Shown piece by piece: positions 37,221-49,494 of a stretch of 64,000 nucleotides of DNA; position 1 is the first letter of the stretch, and every line of letters starts with the position of its first letter. The notes below the pieces were generated by a model. It saw nothing but the letters and a program-made list of their open reading frames with translations, did not search any database and was not told the DNA's origin. Source of the DNA: Podarcis tiliguerta (lineage: Eukaryota); assembly GCA_965153285.1 (NCBI GenBank), contig OZ229121.1. One strand, 5' to 3'. The translations under genes were made by a program, and so were the position numbers.

Positions 37221-38914
37221 TATTCTTTGTCTGGATTGGAGACAGTGTGGCAGAGAGGGCATTTAAAGGATGCTCCCCACTTATGCGCATGGGTTCTGGA
37301 ATATAATTTCTGTCTAGGTTTTTTTTTTGGGGGGGGGGGGGACACCTGCATGCACTATTTGAATAAATACTTCCTGTTTGTATGTTCTGAATCTCTGCCC
37401 AGATTCACCAGAGAACCTCATTTGGCTCCAGCATCACGAGGAGGAGAAAAACTTCTCCATCTACTTTCCCCTCACTGTGCTAGTATTCAGCTGTGGCTCA
37501 GGGCACAGAGACACTATAAGCAGCCAAGAGTTCAACTGAGAAACCAAAAGAATCAAGGATCAAGAGCATTAAGATGCACCAGGGCTAGTTTATTCCACAC
37601 TAGGGCTCAGTCCATCACAATTAATATCTCATTATTCCCACAACCAGGAAAGCAACAGTTATCTGCTGTGTTTGTTTAGAATTAAACGTATATTTAATGT
37701 CAAAATTTATGATAATAGCAAGCTTCCAAAAACAATGCAACATGTTCAACATGGAAGGTGCTTGGGATTTCCTATGTCTGCAGCAGCCGCCGCCTCCTGC
37801 ATCATGTGTCAAACCATGTATGAAATTGAGGGACTTTTCAAAGGAGTCTCTCATAAGGGATGGGGATCTGCTGTGCCAAGTAAACTTCCCACTAGATGTG
37901 CTTTATCAAGAGGGAATCCAGAGTGGCTGGGGCAACTCAGTCAGATGGGCGGAATATAAATAATAAAATAATAATAATAATTGTTGTTGTTGTTGTTGTT
38001 GATGATGATCTCTATGGATCCAAGCCAGTATCTTTTATAAGGCTAATTTCTGCTGGTAGAGATGGAAGTTTTCATATTGCAGAAGCTCTGTCAAGGTGAA
38101 CTCGAAGACAGCTAAATATCAGGTATGCACGCAAAGTGGTGAGTTGAACAGAATACTGCTCTCAGCTAAGTTTGTGCTGGTGACATCCCAGCACATGAAT
38201 TATCATCAGAGCCCAGCAGGTTTGCTGGTGAAGTATCAACAGCCAAAAAGAAAGTGAGGTATAGGATCACCATTTGTGGTTTTCTTTGTCCATGCCTCCT
38301 TCGTAGTACAATTTGAAATGTAACTTATTATTTTGAGGTTCATTCATGTAAGGTTCTATTATAACCAAACAGTATATGAATTGTTTACTAAATTAAGAAC
38401 TGAATTTTGCAAGCATAACCAAGTGCGCTAGCATGGGCACCTAGACCTGGCACATCTGCCATATGGCTCCAGGAAAATCATGTTTGCTCTGCTGCAGTAT
38501 CCCAAACATGACTGATCTGCCTCACAGGGTTATTGGGAAGGTAGGCAAGACTGAAGAACTTTGTGCCAATTAATTGTTCTACAAGTGATAATCCTGCTTT
38601 TTTTTTTTTTTAAAACAAACATTTATTCTGCTCTTTGTACACCAGTCATCAGGGGAAAGCGCGAACGCAATCCTGCTTTATAAATTAAAATAATTGCTTC
38701 CCTTCCTGAATTCTTAATTACATACACACTTATTCCCTTATCCTCCTGCTAAACTTTATTTTTAACGGGACGATATGCCAGCAAGCTACAAATGCAATTT
38801 TTACGTACGTTCACAGGTGGGCCTGTGACCACATTCACAGCAGGCCTTACAGCTAGAAATAAATTTCCACACAGAAGACCATAAATTAATCATTATTATT
38901 AACAGAATTCTTGC

Positions 38915-38996
38915 CTGCACCAATGTTTTTTCAATATTCATAAACATTTCGACGTTTCGATCCATTCGGGAAGGGTTCTGCAAATCAAATCGGCGC
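38915..38996 (-). CDS. SMARCC1: SMARCC1 exon 4 (GC donor)
   Basis: [27 protein letters not shown]; CAG acceptor; donor CAG/GCAAGA; 82 nt. Confidence 0.94.
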
Positions 38997-39946
38997 CTGC
39001 AACAAAAAATATTTATATAGTACTTAGAATAGATAAAAACCTTTAGACATGTTTGGGATAATTCAAGACAGCATTGCATGGAATTAGGGCTATACAGCAT
39101 CTGATAATGATATAGTGATGGTCCTGTGCATTTAATAAGGCAACACCTTTTTCCATCAATTCCATCAGAAGTTCTGTCCATGAATACAGAAACGTTTCCT
39201 AGGGAGCCTTTAGACTTAGGGCACTCCAAGGAACCCCAACTTAAAGGGGTGGAGAGAGAGAAAGGAAGATGAGGCCAGACAAAAAACAAAGGCAGTGAGA
39301 ACAACCACAATTATCTAGGATTTGGGGAAAGGGAGATACCCCAGAAAAATGCTATGCATCAAAAAGAAAATAAGCAGCCCTATAATGGAATTACAACAGT
39401 CCATTATATTCACCACAGACCCTACGTGCAACAGGAAAAGCATGTATGCATACAAGTGTATGGACTAAACTGTTTCCTTTCCTCCTCTTCTCTTCTCCAA
39501 GCCTTGAAAATTTAAAGAGTTGCATTGCTGGCTCAATCCAAAACCTAATCCAGTGTTTTGTTTAAGGATAGCAGTCAGCTAGATTATTTTCAAAGTTACA
39601 GGGAAGAATGAGATCTAATGCTCTTGCCCTGTTTGCTCCGGGCACCTGTTTGTTCCTTTATTCTCACTCATCATGAAGTGAATGCCAGAATCTGAAACAC
39701 TAACAAGGTCTGAAAGGAAATTTGAGCGGTCAAAAGAAAAACAAGCGACTATTTAAAAAATGCTATGCCACTCTGCTTCAGAAGTTCTCTGATGGCATGT
39801 AAAATCACCAGATAGGATCCACAGATAAGCATGAAGCTAGACAGAGAAAGCAAACTTTCCTCTGCCTCCGGAAGTTGCTACAACATGATTCACACACACC
39901 CTGCCCCCTGGACATGCCAGACCACCTGATCCCACAGAATCTATAG

Positions 39947-39977
<31 letters not shown>

Positions 39978-39979
39978 GT

Positions 39980-40330
39980 TAGGCCTCGGTTCAGTATACC
40001 TGAAGGAGCATCTCCACCTCCCTCGTTCTGCCTGGACACTGAGGTCCAGCACCGAGGGCCTTCTGGCGGTTCCCTCGCTGCAAGAAGCCAAGTTACAGGG
40101 AACCAGGCAGAGGGCCTTCTCGGTAGTGGCACCCGCCCTATGGAACGCCCTCCCACCAGATGTCAAAGAGAAAAACAACCACCAAACGTTTAGAAGACAT
40201 ATGAAGGCAGCTCTGTATAGGGAAGCTTTAAATGTTTAATAGGTTACTGTATTTTAGTGTTTTGTTAGAAGCCACCCAGAGTGGCTGGGGAAACCCAGCC
40301 AGATGAGCGTGGTATAAATAATAAATTATT
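39980..40330 (+). mobile_element. L2-clade LINE 3' end, preceded by (GT)n
   Basis: RQRAFSVVAPALWNALP...TFRRHMKAALY plus a 3' hairpin tail and TTA repeats. Confidence 0.82.
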
Positions 40331-40602
40331 ATTATTAGTAGTAGTAGTATTACTACTACTACTACTATTGGAAAGTCAACTTTGCCATGCTTATCTATGG
40401 ACCCAACCCACTATATTACAAAATAACAACATACAGGAAAGAATCAAGAGAGCAATTTTCCAATGAAAAACCTGATTTAACTACAAGTTCTTTGAAATAA
40501 AATCATTTTCATCTGTCCACCTAAAACTAATGCAGCGAGTGCCACATGCTCATGAGCAGGACTTGGGAATTCTGTGGAAAAGATGAAAAGAAAAAGACTC
40601 AC

Positions 40603-40688
40603 CATCCTTGCTCATTTTTGTACTTATATGCAGCACCGAGAATGTGACATAGTGTTCCTCCAGCTTTGAAGTCCATGAAGCACTTTGC
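40603..40688 (-). CDS. SMARCC1: SMARCC1 exon 3
   Basis: AKCFMDFKAGGTLCHILGAAYKYKNEQG(W); TAG acceptor, GTGAGT donor; 86 nt. Confidence 0.96.
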
Positions 40689-41254
40689 CTAAAAAAGAGA
40701 AAATATCAAGGTGACATTCATACTCACAGTAACAAAAGCAGAAGCAAGCAGTGAGGCAGCAGAATATTAAACAGTACAAGCCTCCCAAGGAACCAGTGGG
40801 GGGGGGGGGAATCACATTATTTAAGCAAAGTATTGGAGGGTGAATCTCAAAGTACACACACCTCACTGGTCTCCTGTATCTCCCACCCCCCACAATGTTA
40901 GAGACTTCAAGTTACATTTGGGTCCTGTATACTGTCCTTAAAGTTCATGTGAATCTAAAATATTAAAGAGTACACTGCTTGAAAATCTGCAGCATTGCAA
41001 ATCCGTAGTGCAAAAATTGACAGGCCATGTGTTCCACAGAAACAACTCCCAGAGTGTATGTGAACAGTTATTTCACCCCTACCCTCCTAATTAATCGGCA
41101 CAACGAACTAGGAGCAAATGATACGAACCCAAACAGAGTCAGGGTCCTAGAGAATTACTCAGCACCAAATCAGGGCCCCTTGAGGTCTAGTGAGTCCTCT
41201 GTGTGTGACTATCCTAGCTATCCCTCTTGTAGTGAAATATTCTACAATAAAATA

Positions 41255-41689
41255 CCGTATTTTTCGCCCTATAAGACGCACCGTCCCATAAGGCGCACCT
41301 AGTTTTTTGGGGGGGAAATAAAGGGGGGGGGAAATTATTTCCTCCCCCCCCAGGCGTGGGGCTGGGGAAGCCCGAGCTTCCCCCGACCCCAGCACAGGCA
41401 ACTCTCCGCAAGCCGTGGGAGCCCGGCGCCAGGCTCCTGCGCCTTGCGGAGAGCTGCGCCCAGCCTTCAGCATGCAGGCAACTCTCCGCAAGCTGTGGGA
41501 GCCCGGCGCGGGCTCCCACGGCTTGCAGAGATCTGCGTGAAGCCTGGAGAGCGAGAGGGGTCGGTGCGCACCGACCCCTCTCGCTCTCCAGGCTTCAGCG
41601 AATGCCTGCATTCGCCCCATAGGACGCACACACATTTCCCCTTCATTTTTGGAGGGGGGAAAGTGCGTCCTATGGGGCGAAAAATATGG
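41255..41689 (-). mobile_element. Tc2-type MITE, family C
   Basis: CCGTATTTTTCGCCC...GGGCGAAAAATATGG, TA TSD, internal palindromes. Confidence 0.88.
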
Positions 41690-42111
41690 TACGTGATCTC
41701 TCAAGTTGCTCCAGTACTGTGGCCAAAAAGAACTACATAAGGAGGGGTAATCAAGACTGATCTATTTAATTTAAATCATAAAGACAAAAAGATCAATTGA
41801 AATGCAAGCCATCACTGAATTTGCCATCTTGAAGTTCACAAAAGGAATTGCAACTCAAGATGCTGGCAATTACCTATGAAATCCTAAATGGCTTGGACCA
41901 AGCACATATTTGGGTTCCATCTACTTTAATACATAAGTCTCAAAACAAAGCCCAGATTTAATCCTACAGTATTCTTAGTATATTGAACCCTGCAGGGTTG
42001 TTAGCAGATATAACAGCACAAGAATTACAAAGAGTGAAGGCTAAATTGGTCAACTTGTGTTTCTGACACCAAGTGAAACAGGAAGAATCCTTTTGCTTCT
42101 GGGTTCAAATA

Positions 42112-42336
42112 CAGTAGTACCTCAAGTTAAGTACTTAATTCGTTCCGGAGGTCCGTTCTTAACCTGAAACTGTTCTTAACCTGGAGCACCACTTTAGCTA
42201 ATGAGGCCTCCTGCTGCCACCGCATGATTTCTGTTCTCATCCTGAAGCAAAGTTCTTAACCCGAGGTAGTATTTCTGGGTTAGCAGAGTCTGTAACCTGA
42301 AGCGTATGTAACCCGCTTTACAGTACAGTACCACTG
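42112..42336. mobile_element. Tigger/pogo-like MITE, family B
   Basis: Homologous to the 24363 copy; TA TSD. Confidence 0.85.
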
Positions 42337-42457
42337 TACAGCCTCCCACTCTTAAGTGTTGGCAGCTTTTCAGGAGGCAGCTATAGACCTATTTACTTTG
42401 AAGTATATGGAAACACAACAGCTGAAGAAACATTACAAGAGCGTTTTAAATACTCAC

Positions 42458-42577
42458 AGGGAACTTTGTAAAGGCAGGGTTGGCAACATGTTTTCCGAAG
42501 GCATCTTCCTGAAACTGCAGCAGCTGCACCACAAGCCCAGCCAGTGTTTTATTGGTAGGAGCATCTGCTTGAACATA
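42458..42577 (-). CDS. SMARCC1: SMARCC1 exon 2
   Basis: [40 protein letters not shown]; CAG acceptor, GTGAGT donor; 120 nt. Confidence 0.96.
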
Positions 42578-45049
42578 CTGAAAAGCAAACATTTTCCAAA
42601 TCAATCTTTGTCTTTTCACTCATCCGGAAATCACTCACAAGCTATAGCAATTTTAATGCCACAAATTCAAGGTTCATTTCTGCCATGTTGGTGACTTTTT
42701 AATCCTGACTTTTAAGAGTTATTCTGGAACACAAGTTATTAGCTAGGCAGTCAAAGAGGAGCTGTCATTAGATTTAAATTTGCCAAGTTCACTTAAGCTG
42801 CTATTAGTTTTCAATACATTAAATGCAAACCATCACTGGCAAGGCCAGTACTACTCCTGTGTTCAACACTATACTGCTGCTGCTGCTGCTGCTACTAGAG
42901 TCTCTACTACTACTACTACTACTACTACTAATAATAATAATAATAAATTATTTGTACCATGCTCATCTGAGTGGGTTTCCCCAGCCACTCTGGGCATCTC
43001 TCAAGCATTAAGGGCACCCTATTTATATTGCATGGATTTCTTATAAACAGCATCTCACAGTGGACAAAGCTGATAACCATTTGCTACCCCAGATTACGTT
43101 CACATTTTTGTCCGCTGTTCAAATGCATGAGCTTGCACCAGTAAGAGAAATGCACATTGGTATGGACATTTCACAAATTAAAGTGATCCTCAAGACCCTC
43201 TTTCCGTGGAGCCTTTGCTTGACACCCGGCCTTCATACCCAATTGCAACAAAGTCTGTGTATTGACATTTGTTTACCAGTATCCAGAACTGCCATTGCCT
43301 CTCTCACATCCCTTTCCTCTGTCATATCGACTGTCAAATTTCAAAGCAGTCACTTCCTTTGCACAGCAACCCAGTTTTTTTTTATTTATGCTGTAAACCA
43401 CCATGTGCACTGACAGATGTGTAAAAGAAATGGTATTTCACAGGAATTTGAAAGTTTGGTCTAGGTAGACATTGCTTATGGTCCCCACTAAGCCTTAACC
43501 CTCCCCACATATCTAGTCTTGCATTATCACAGGCAATGTGGAATAATCACACACAGGTGAGTGGACACTGGGCTGCCATCTGCTGGAGACAAAGAAGTGT
43601 TGTATTTATTTCTATCATGGGCATGAAGGAAGCCAAGCGAAGTGCCACCTTCACTGAATCTCTCTGGTATCTCCCTGAATTTCTGAGCTAGGAACAAAGG
43701 GAAATTCCCTCCTCTGCACTCTGCACAGAAGCAAAGTCAATCTTACTAGTCTCCTTTTTCCTTCATAAAAAGAGTTCAGCCTCTGCCAACCACTTTATGA
43801 GAAAAAATAAAACTACAGGTTAGTAATTTCTGTGGGCTTATTGGCAAGGCTGCCTGAGCCCTTTGGCAAGAGATGGGGAAGTGTATCGCACCTGACACTG
43901 TGCAGCACTTCAGAGGCAAAGCACTGGGGAGTTCTCAGTGATTCTGTGCCTCTTTGATCCCAGGTAAAAGCTGGGGTGTGATTTGTGCCTGGTATTTTTA
44001 TACTGCAAGCATCTCCTAGTCTGGTATCCCCTGGCATTAATTATTTACTTTACAACACTGTTATTCGCTTGAATGTTATCTGCTGCCTGGTGTTTTGTTA
44101 GAGGTGGACCAGGGGAGTTAAGTGTCGAAGACAGGGAAGGTGAAAGAGACTGCCATCTTTCTGATGACAGGAGATGGGTGGCTGTCTTGGGACTTCACAG
44201 CATCCATGTCAACCATGGGGCTGCCTTGGTACTCTAATGACTTGTGTACACTGAAGCAGCAGAACTGACAGCAAGAGCACAGGTGGCATCAACCTTCAAC
44301 TCTAAATGAACATGGGTGAGAATGAACTACTACACTAACCATGTGGCAGTGATAGCAACCAAGAAAGCTTGCTTCTCTGTCTCTGCTGTGTTTGCAAACA
44401 GCCATTCAGCAGAGCTTTTCTGAGTGATGAATGCCCTTTTGACATTTGGCCCACAAAGCACTGTTTTGACATCTTTAGCAGCCTCCTCTAACTAAGTTGT
44501 GCTGTCCTTTAGGGATAAAGGGGCTCAGATTTGGACAAAGTTGGACACCACAGTTACAGCACAGTTACTCCAGCAGAGTTCTCCAGAGCACTACCTGTTC
44601 AATCTATACAGCATCAGTTCCAGTTGTAGCCGGGGGGGGGGGGGGGACTACTGCAGCCAGGCTATACCGAACCAGGAATGGCCGTAGTTGGTGAACCAGC
44701 AGATATCAGAAATACCACTGATGCTACTTTGGCTTCCACACAAAGAGAGATCTGGGACTACTCCCAAGGTATGCACCTGGCCACTTCAAGGGGACTGCAA
44801 CTCTGTGCAAAACAGGCCTCTTGCCCAATTCCTGGACATAAGAGCTACAAAGCCACCTGTTTTGTTGGGTTTAACTTCTGTTTTCTGGCCCCCAACCAAA
44901 GCATTTCTACGTCAAAGCAATGATCGAGCAGTTATACAGCCTTAACTGATTAAGGGAGAAACAGGAGCTGGGTGCCAACCACATTCTAAAGACTCTGTTC
45001 CAACGCTACCCCGATAACCACTCATACAGATGTTAAAAAGCATGGGGGG

Positions 45050-45440
45050 TCAGGAAGGAGCCCCAGAACCACATAGCCGGCTTGCTATGGGCTCACACAG
45101 CAGTCCCGCACTGCCACTCTCTGGAAACTGCCATACGGATAAGACAGAACAGAACCACCATATCACTCTGCCTTCAACACACAACCAGCCGTGCCACTCC
45201 AGATGAATACCATGGAGAACAGTATCAAAAGCCACTGATAGAAAAACCAAGAGGGTCAATCCTCTCCCAGCACAGTTCATCAACCAAGGCTTCTTCATTG
45301 CAAAATTAGGCCTGAAACAAGACTGAAATGGGTCCAGGTAATCTGATTCTTCCAACCACGCATGGAGCTGGATGGCAACCATCCTCCCAAGCGCCATCCT
45401 CAAAAAGGGAATAATAAAGCCATCACATCTCTCTGGGTCT
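45050..45440 (-). mobile_element. Old L2/CR1-group RT fragment
   Basis: Degenerate YLDPFQSCFRP...LVFLSVAFDTV reverse-transcriptase motifs. Confidence 0.6.
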
Positions 45441-46979
45441 AGGGAAACATGTAAATGTAGTTTTAATTCTGTATATATGCCCTGTGTTCCTGCATTGATA
45501 GTAATTATTTCCTCATCTATTAAATTCATGCTTTTAAAGAACACTTCCAACAGTTTCATTCGCTAACCTCTGAGACTTCAATAATGCTTTTTACTGCTAT
45601 GTTAATAATGTTTTAACTGTCTCAGAGATTATATGCTGCTATGAACGTTATACCTTTTACTATGCCAAGACATCTCGTAAAAAGGGGAAACAAGCCCATA
45701 TTTAAAGTTCCACATGGTACGTAATTTCTTGGCCACGCACAGAGGACCTTGGACACACTTCACGGTTTCACCACCACCTTAGAAATTAGTGCAAAGACAG
45801 CTTCAGCTAGACTTAAATGAAACCGATAGCCCTGTCAGCTCACACATCTAGGCCCAGAAGTCCTCTTAGGACAAAAGACCACACTGAGCATGTGCCCCAG
45901 GGACCTTTAGAAATGGACAACCTCCTTCCTCCGGTTTTGTTCCATCACGCATTATCCCTCTGACCTCTTATAGCCCCCCCCCCCCCCGCAGAAAGGCTGA
46001 AAATAGAGAATAACAGCAACCTGATATTTGAAGCAGGGACAGCTTTAACATAACAAGCCCCACAACTGCAGGGTGAAGAGGCAGCTGGCCCTTTGTTAGC
46101 TCTTCCCAGGGAAAGCAAAGACCTTGCCTCTTCCGCACAGAGCCCGCCCCCTTCCCTTCACACAAGAGCTCCCATTCAACTGGAAAAGGCTATCCTCTTT
46201 CCCCTAAACCCAGGTAGGTAAAAGGACACCCGGACCAAGTCTGAACCAATTTGCACAAGCCACTCCCCTTTTAAACTACCATTCTCAGGAGACAAGGAGC
46301 CTAGGTCCCTGCCCCCAACTATTCCCAGGATTACACTCCATTCAGTTCCTTTCTCTCTTAAGCCACACACACCCCTTCTGTTTATTCATTTATTGAATTT
46401 GCACGCCACCCTTCATGCACAGGTCTCAGGGCAGTTCACAGCATAAGAATACAAGATAAAAAAATACAGAATATATAATGAAAACAAACCAATGAGCCTC
46501 CTCCCCTCCAATACTCATTCTGTATGTAAACATCTACATTCACAAGATAAACACAAACCACATGACCCGAAAAGGGTCACCCTTCCGCCTGCCATCAATT
46601 CAGCACCTGTTTATTGCAAAATGCAACCTGCACAAGCGTGTTTACATGCTCCCCTATGAGTCCCAAAGGAAGTCGGCTGGCTGAAGTCCTGTTGATCCAC
46701 CCCTCAAATACTCTTTATAATAGGAAACAACCCTCCAGAGAGGACGCCCATCCCTCACACCCCAGTGTTGCCCACCAAGTTGCTCTTAATTCCCTCGCCT
46801 GCACCTGGCCCCCTTTGAGTCCCCACCCGGCTTCCCTCCTCCTTATTCTGCACACCCTTACTCGGGAGTAAACCCCGCTGACTTCGGAGGCACTTCAAAG
46901 GACACCCCCCCCCCGCCAGATCACCTCCCATCTTGGGGCTTTTGTTTTCTTTTTGGCACTCAAGTCGCCTCCCTTTGTC

Positions 46980-48050
46980 ATGCCCCCCTCTCCGCCAGCC
47001 CCGCGAGAGGGAGGCTCCCTCGGGCAGAGAGAGGGTCCGGTGCCAGGGATGGGAGGGGGCGGCTTCCCCCCTCAGGCCCCGCCCTCCCTCCCTCGCCGAG
47101 GGAAGGAAAGGGGCCCGTGAGGAGAAAGAGGGAGGGGAGGCGGCGGCGAGGCCCCCTGAGGGGAAGAAGGCGAGGCCTCTTTCTCCTCAGGCGCCGCCGC
47201 CGGGGCCTGGTCTTCGGCCTCCTCACCTTCTTGCAGTGCTTGCCGAGCCAGGCCCGCGCGGCGTCCAGCTGAGAGACGGTGTCGGGGCTCTCCCAGAACT
47301 TCCCCGAGGGGCCGCCGTCCTTGCGCCGCGACGCCGACAACGGGGCGGCGGAGGAGACCCCCGAGCCGGGCGCGCCCCCTAGGCCGCCGCCTGCAGGCAC
47401 GGCCGCCGCTGCTGCTGCTGCTGAGGCGGCCGCCGCTGCCGCCGCCGCCATTGTCCTTCCCGGCCTTCCGCGCCTCCTCCGCCGCCACCGCCGCCGGGGC
47501 CCGACGCCTCCCACTCGCTTGGCCCCGCGCATGCGCAGAGCCCGCGGGACGCCGCGGCGGCGGCTGCTGCCACACCGCCGCCACTCTCCCGCGCGCACGC
47601 GCAGCGGACGAGCCTCCCACGCGCTCTTGCCTCACGCCGCGCCTTCCCCGCCCGCGCGCGGGACGCCGGCTCCTCGCGCTGGCTCAGGAGGCGGGAGTGC
47701 TGCCGGGCGCATGCGCACCAAGGGACGCTTCTACGGCCGCCCCCCTGGAGACGCCCTCTCCGCGCAGGCGCCGGCTGCGGGCGGGCCACGCCTCCCGGAG
47801 GATGTGCGCATGGGCGAGGCGGGAGCGCTTTCTTCCCCCCCCCTCTCTGCGCAGGCGTGCCGGGAAAAGCTGCGCGCCTGCGCGCTGAGGGGCCCTTGTT
47901 CTGGTCGCTGCCGGGCGGAGCGGCGTGGCGGGAGCTGGAGCAGCAGGCGGGCAAAGAAGCAGCCCGGGCCTGGCAGGAAGGAAGCAGCAGCAGCAGCAGG
48001 GTTTGGCGCCAGGGATCCCCAGCAATTACTCGGATCTGTTGCGCCCAGCT
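46980..48050 (-). promoter_or_regulatory. CpG-island promoter / 5' region of SMARCC1 with clustered NRF1-type sites
   Basis: Very GC/CpG-rich and spans exon 1. Perfect GCGCATGCGC at 47527-47536 and 47707-47716, with near-matches around 47590, 47805, 47848 and 47875. Confidence 0.85.
47227..47451 (-). CDS. SMARCC1: SMARCC1 (BAF155) coding exon 1, ATG at 47451
   Basis: Encodes MAAAAAAAASAAAAAAAV...RRKDGGPSGKFWESPDTVSQLDAARAWLGKHCKK (75 aa), matching the SMARCC1 N-terminus. Donor AAG/GTGAGG; lies in a CpG island. Confidence 0.95.
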
Positions 48051-48237
48051 GAAGATGCAGTTAATTGAGCGTGCAATTCTGCATTGTGCAGAAGGAGCAA
48101 AAACAACAGCAGGAGAGAGAGGCTGCAGGAGGCTGGCTCCATCAGCTTTGCCAAAAGCCCAGCTCCGTCAGGCGCCTCCTGCCCCTGAACTGCCAGCTGG
48201 TCAATACAGGAACAACTCGCCAGAAATGGGGGCCTGG

Positions 48238-48656
48238 GAAAATCCGACAACAGGGCGATGAAATATTTCAAACAGAATGGAAGAATGTTGTACGCAGGAA
48301 AGATTTGTGTGAAATAGAGAAACCAGTAGAATCGAAACAAACCTCATAATGTGTAATATAAATACGTTCATTGGAATAATAAGAAGTATAATGTAATTAA
48401 AGTAACCAATGGTAGCCATATAGACAGACAACAAGAATTGTATATATAGAAGGGCTTATTTATTTACAATCTATGGACCAATGCGTAAGCAGAACAATAT
48501 GTAAAATAGATAAAGACAATGCGAAAAAATTAAAAGCGACATGAAGTCAGAAGAAGGAAGGAGGGAAGTCGGCTCATAGGGGCAAATTATAAATGTATAA
48601 TATAATATGTATTTGAAGTATGAAGTCTGGAAAACTAATAAAGATTATATTTTAAA
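48238..48656 (+). mobile_element. 5'-truncated L1 LINE
   Basis: ORF2 end KIRQQGDEIFQTEWK; AATAAA; 16-bp TSD AGAAATGGG(G/T)GCCTGG at 48222-48237 and 48657-48672. Confidence 0.75.
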
Positions 48657-48800
48657 AGAAATGGGTGCCTGGAGGGTCATATCCCCCCCCCCCCGCCTTC
48701 CTTGTTCCTTGCCCTTTATGTGATGTGTTTTCTTAGATCATAAGCCCGCAGAGACTGACTGTGTTTTCATTGACTGTAGCCCTTTTGGCTGATAAATGCT

Positions 48801-49144
48801 GGTGGCGCTGTGGGTTAAACCACAGAGCCTAGGGCTTGCCGATCAGAAGGTCAGCGGTTCGAATCCCTGCGGCGGGGTGATCTCCCGTTGCTCGGTCCCT
48901 GCTTCTGCCAACCTAGCAGTTCGAAAGTGCATCAAAGTGCAAGTAGATAAATAGGTACCGCTCTGGCGGGAAGGTAAACGGCGTTTCCGTGCGCTGCTCT
49001 GGTTCGCCAGAAGCGGCTTAGTCATGCTGGCCACATGACCCAGAAGCTGTACGCCGGCTCCCTCGGCCAGTAAAGCGAGATGAGCACTGTAACCCCAGAG
49101 TCAGCCACGACTGGACTTAATGGTCACGGGTCCCTTTACCTTTA
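48801..49144 (+). mobile_element. Sauria SINE
   Basis: Homologous to the 19098 copy. Confidence 0.92.
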
Positions 49145-49494
49145 ACTCAGTGGTAAAGGACCCAATTCAATCATTAATAGCATTTTCTGATGGGGCTGGG
49201 AATGTCTCCTGGAGAGCTGCTGGCAGTCGGACAACACAGAACTGGGTAGTTCAAAGGTCGGACTCCTAAAAAGGAATTTCCCAAGTTGCTATGGCACTGA
49301 GGCGGCTAGAGCTGAATGTTAGAAGCTCTTGAAGCTGAGCCTAGCTCAGTGGTACTGCTTTGGATGGATAAAAGTCCCAGGTTCAATCCTAAGCACAGGG
49401 CTGGGAAAGAGCACTCACCTCAGAAATACCAGAGTTGCTGTCAGTCAGTGGAGACGAAGCTGGATACAGCTTTTATGCTCCTAACTTTAAGACA

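Noticed and set aside
47279-48052. 257-aa plus-strand ORF and other overlapping ORFs
   Set aside because: A by-product of the GC-rich CpG island (few stop codons); low-complexity Arg/Pro/Ala sequence with no recognisable domain.
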